Shown in pieces: positions 34,075 through 34,481 of a DNA stretch of 34,481 nt. The notes under the pieces were generated by a model. That model had not been told where the DNA came from and searched no databases. It saw nothing but the letters and a program-made list of their open reading frames with translations. Made by a program: the position numbers and the translations under genes. How positions within the stretch are numbered: position 1 is the stretch's first letter; each line of letters opens with the position of its first letter. Origin of the DNA: an uncultured Pseudobdellovibrionaceae bacterium (lineage in GTDB: Bacteria; Bdellovibrionota; Bdellovibrionia; Bdellovibrionales; JAGQZY01); NCBI GenBank assembly GCA_964388755.1, contig CAYMBT010000001.1, positions 1 through 34,481 of the forward strand, given 5' to 3'.

Positions 34075-34098
34075 ATGCTTTCAATTTTTAAAACAAAC

Positions 34099-34470
34099 TT
34101 ATTCTGCTGTTTCTTCACCAATCACTTGGGCTAAGGCTAAAACACGAGCCGCCAAAGTGGGAGAGTACATAAGCTCTTGAGCTTGAGCTTCTGGGCTCAA
34201 AGTCAGGAAGTAAGCAAAACCTTCTGGAGAGTTATAGAACTCATCCATGGTCGCAGCAGAAGCCGCAGACGGAGTAATCACAGCTAGAATAGCCCCTAGT
34301 GGTGAAAGGCGACTCGCCACAGCCACTCCGCGAGTGAGCATATAAAGTCCACCACCAGCAGCCGTAGCGTAAGTGATTCTTAAAACGTTCTCTTCCATTT
34401 CAGCAGTGATCTCTACAGAGTTAATCAGTTGAAGAGCACCAAGTACAAGAGAGAGTGGGACAGGCGTCAT
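34099..34470 (-). CDS. Hypothetical Ala/Leu-rich protein; the 5' end may extend beyond the window
   Basis: 123-aa ORF. The frame is still open upstream of ATG 34470 to the window edge. I recognise no family. Confidence 0.45.
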   Translation of the reverse strand: MTPVPLSLVLGALQLINSVEITAEMEENVLRITYATAAGGGLYMLTRGVAVASRLSPLGAILAVITPSAASAATMDEFYNSPEGFAYFLTLSPEAQAQELMYSPTLAARVLALAQVIGEETAE

Positions 34471-34481
34471 AACAAGATCGT

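Overview
This is a gene-dense, AT-rich bacterial chromosomal segment, roughly 40% GC by eye (not computed). I count about 36 protein genes and one tRNA.

Genetic code: standard code 11. TGA is a genuine stop at pgsA 8923-8925, at 15389-15391 and at 16309-16311.

Likely source: the gene content and the many signal-peptide-bearing enzymes suggest a Bdellovibrio-like or Oligoflexia-type Gram-negative. That is inference only.

Housekeeping core:
- A long minus-strand array at 1-8322 carries glmM (partial), ftsH, tilS, three small unknowns, glpX, a thioesterase, a PilZ protein and a secreted SRPBCC-like protein.
- Further along are pgsA, nnrD, an ABC-F ATPase, a YihY-family protein, a nitroreductase, an AI-2E transporter and a Trk/Ktr potassium-uptake operon.
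- The window ends with tRNA-Gly(GCC), trpS and nrdAB. nrdAB is preceded by two well-spaced NrdR-box candidates.

Not found: transposase, integrase, phage genes, CRISPR array, rRNA, or any recognisable defence or toxin-antitoxin module.

The least ordinary part is about 8.9-16.7 kb, plus the Trk operon:
1. A translationally coupled ECF-sigma operon at 14338-16679. It encodes a Cys/His-rich membrane anti-sigma candidate interrupted by an in-frame TGA, an OMP-like barrel, and MerP-like and MerT-like proteins. There is no merA or merR.
2. A coupled operon at 10001-13078: a GNAT/C-N-hydrolase fusion, a signal-peptide BtpA-like protein and a signal-peptide NADAR protein.
3. Two tandem small proteins with an HPF/RaiA-like pattern.
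4. A trkH with an extra N-terminal block of about 200 aa and roughly 8 TM helices, followed by trkA and a sensor-plus-HAMP protein with no output domain.

Two gene-integrity anomalies are directly visible: a frameshift at the 5' end of the ABC-F gene, and the in-frame TGA in the anti-sigma candidate.

All family assignments are motif recognition by eye. No searches were run.
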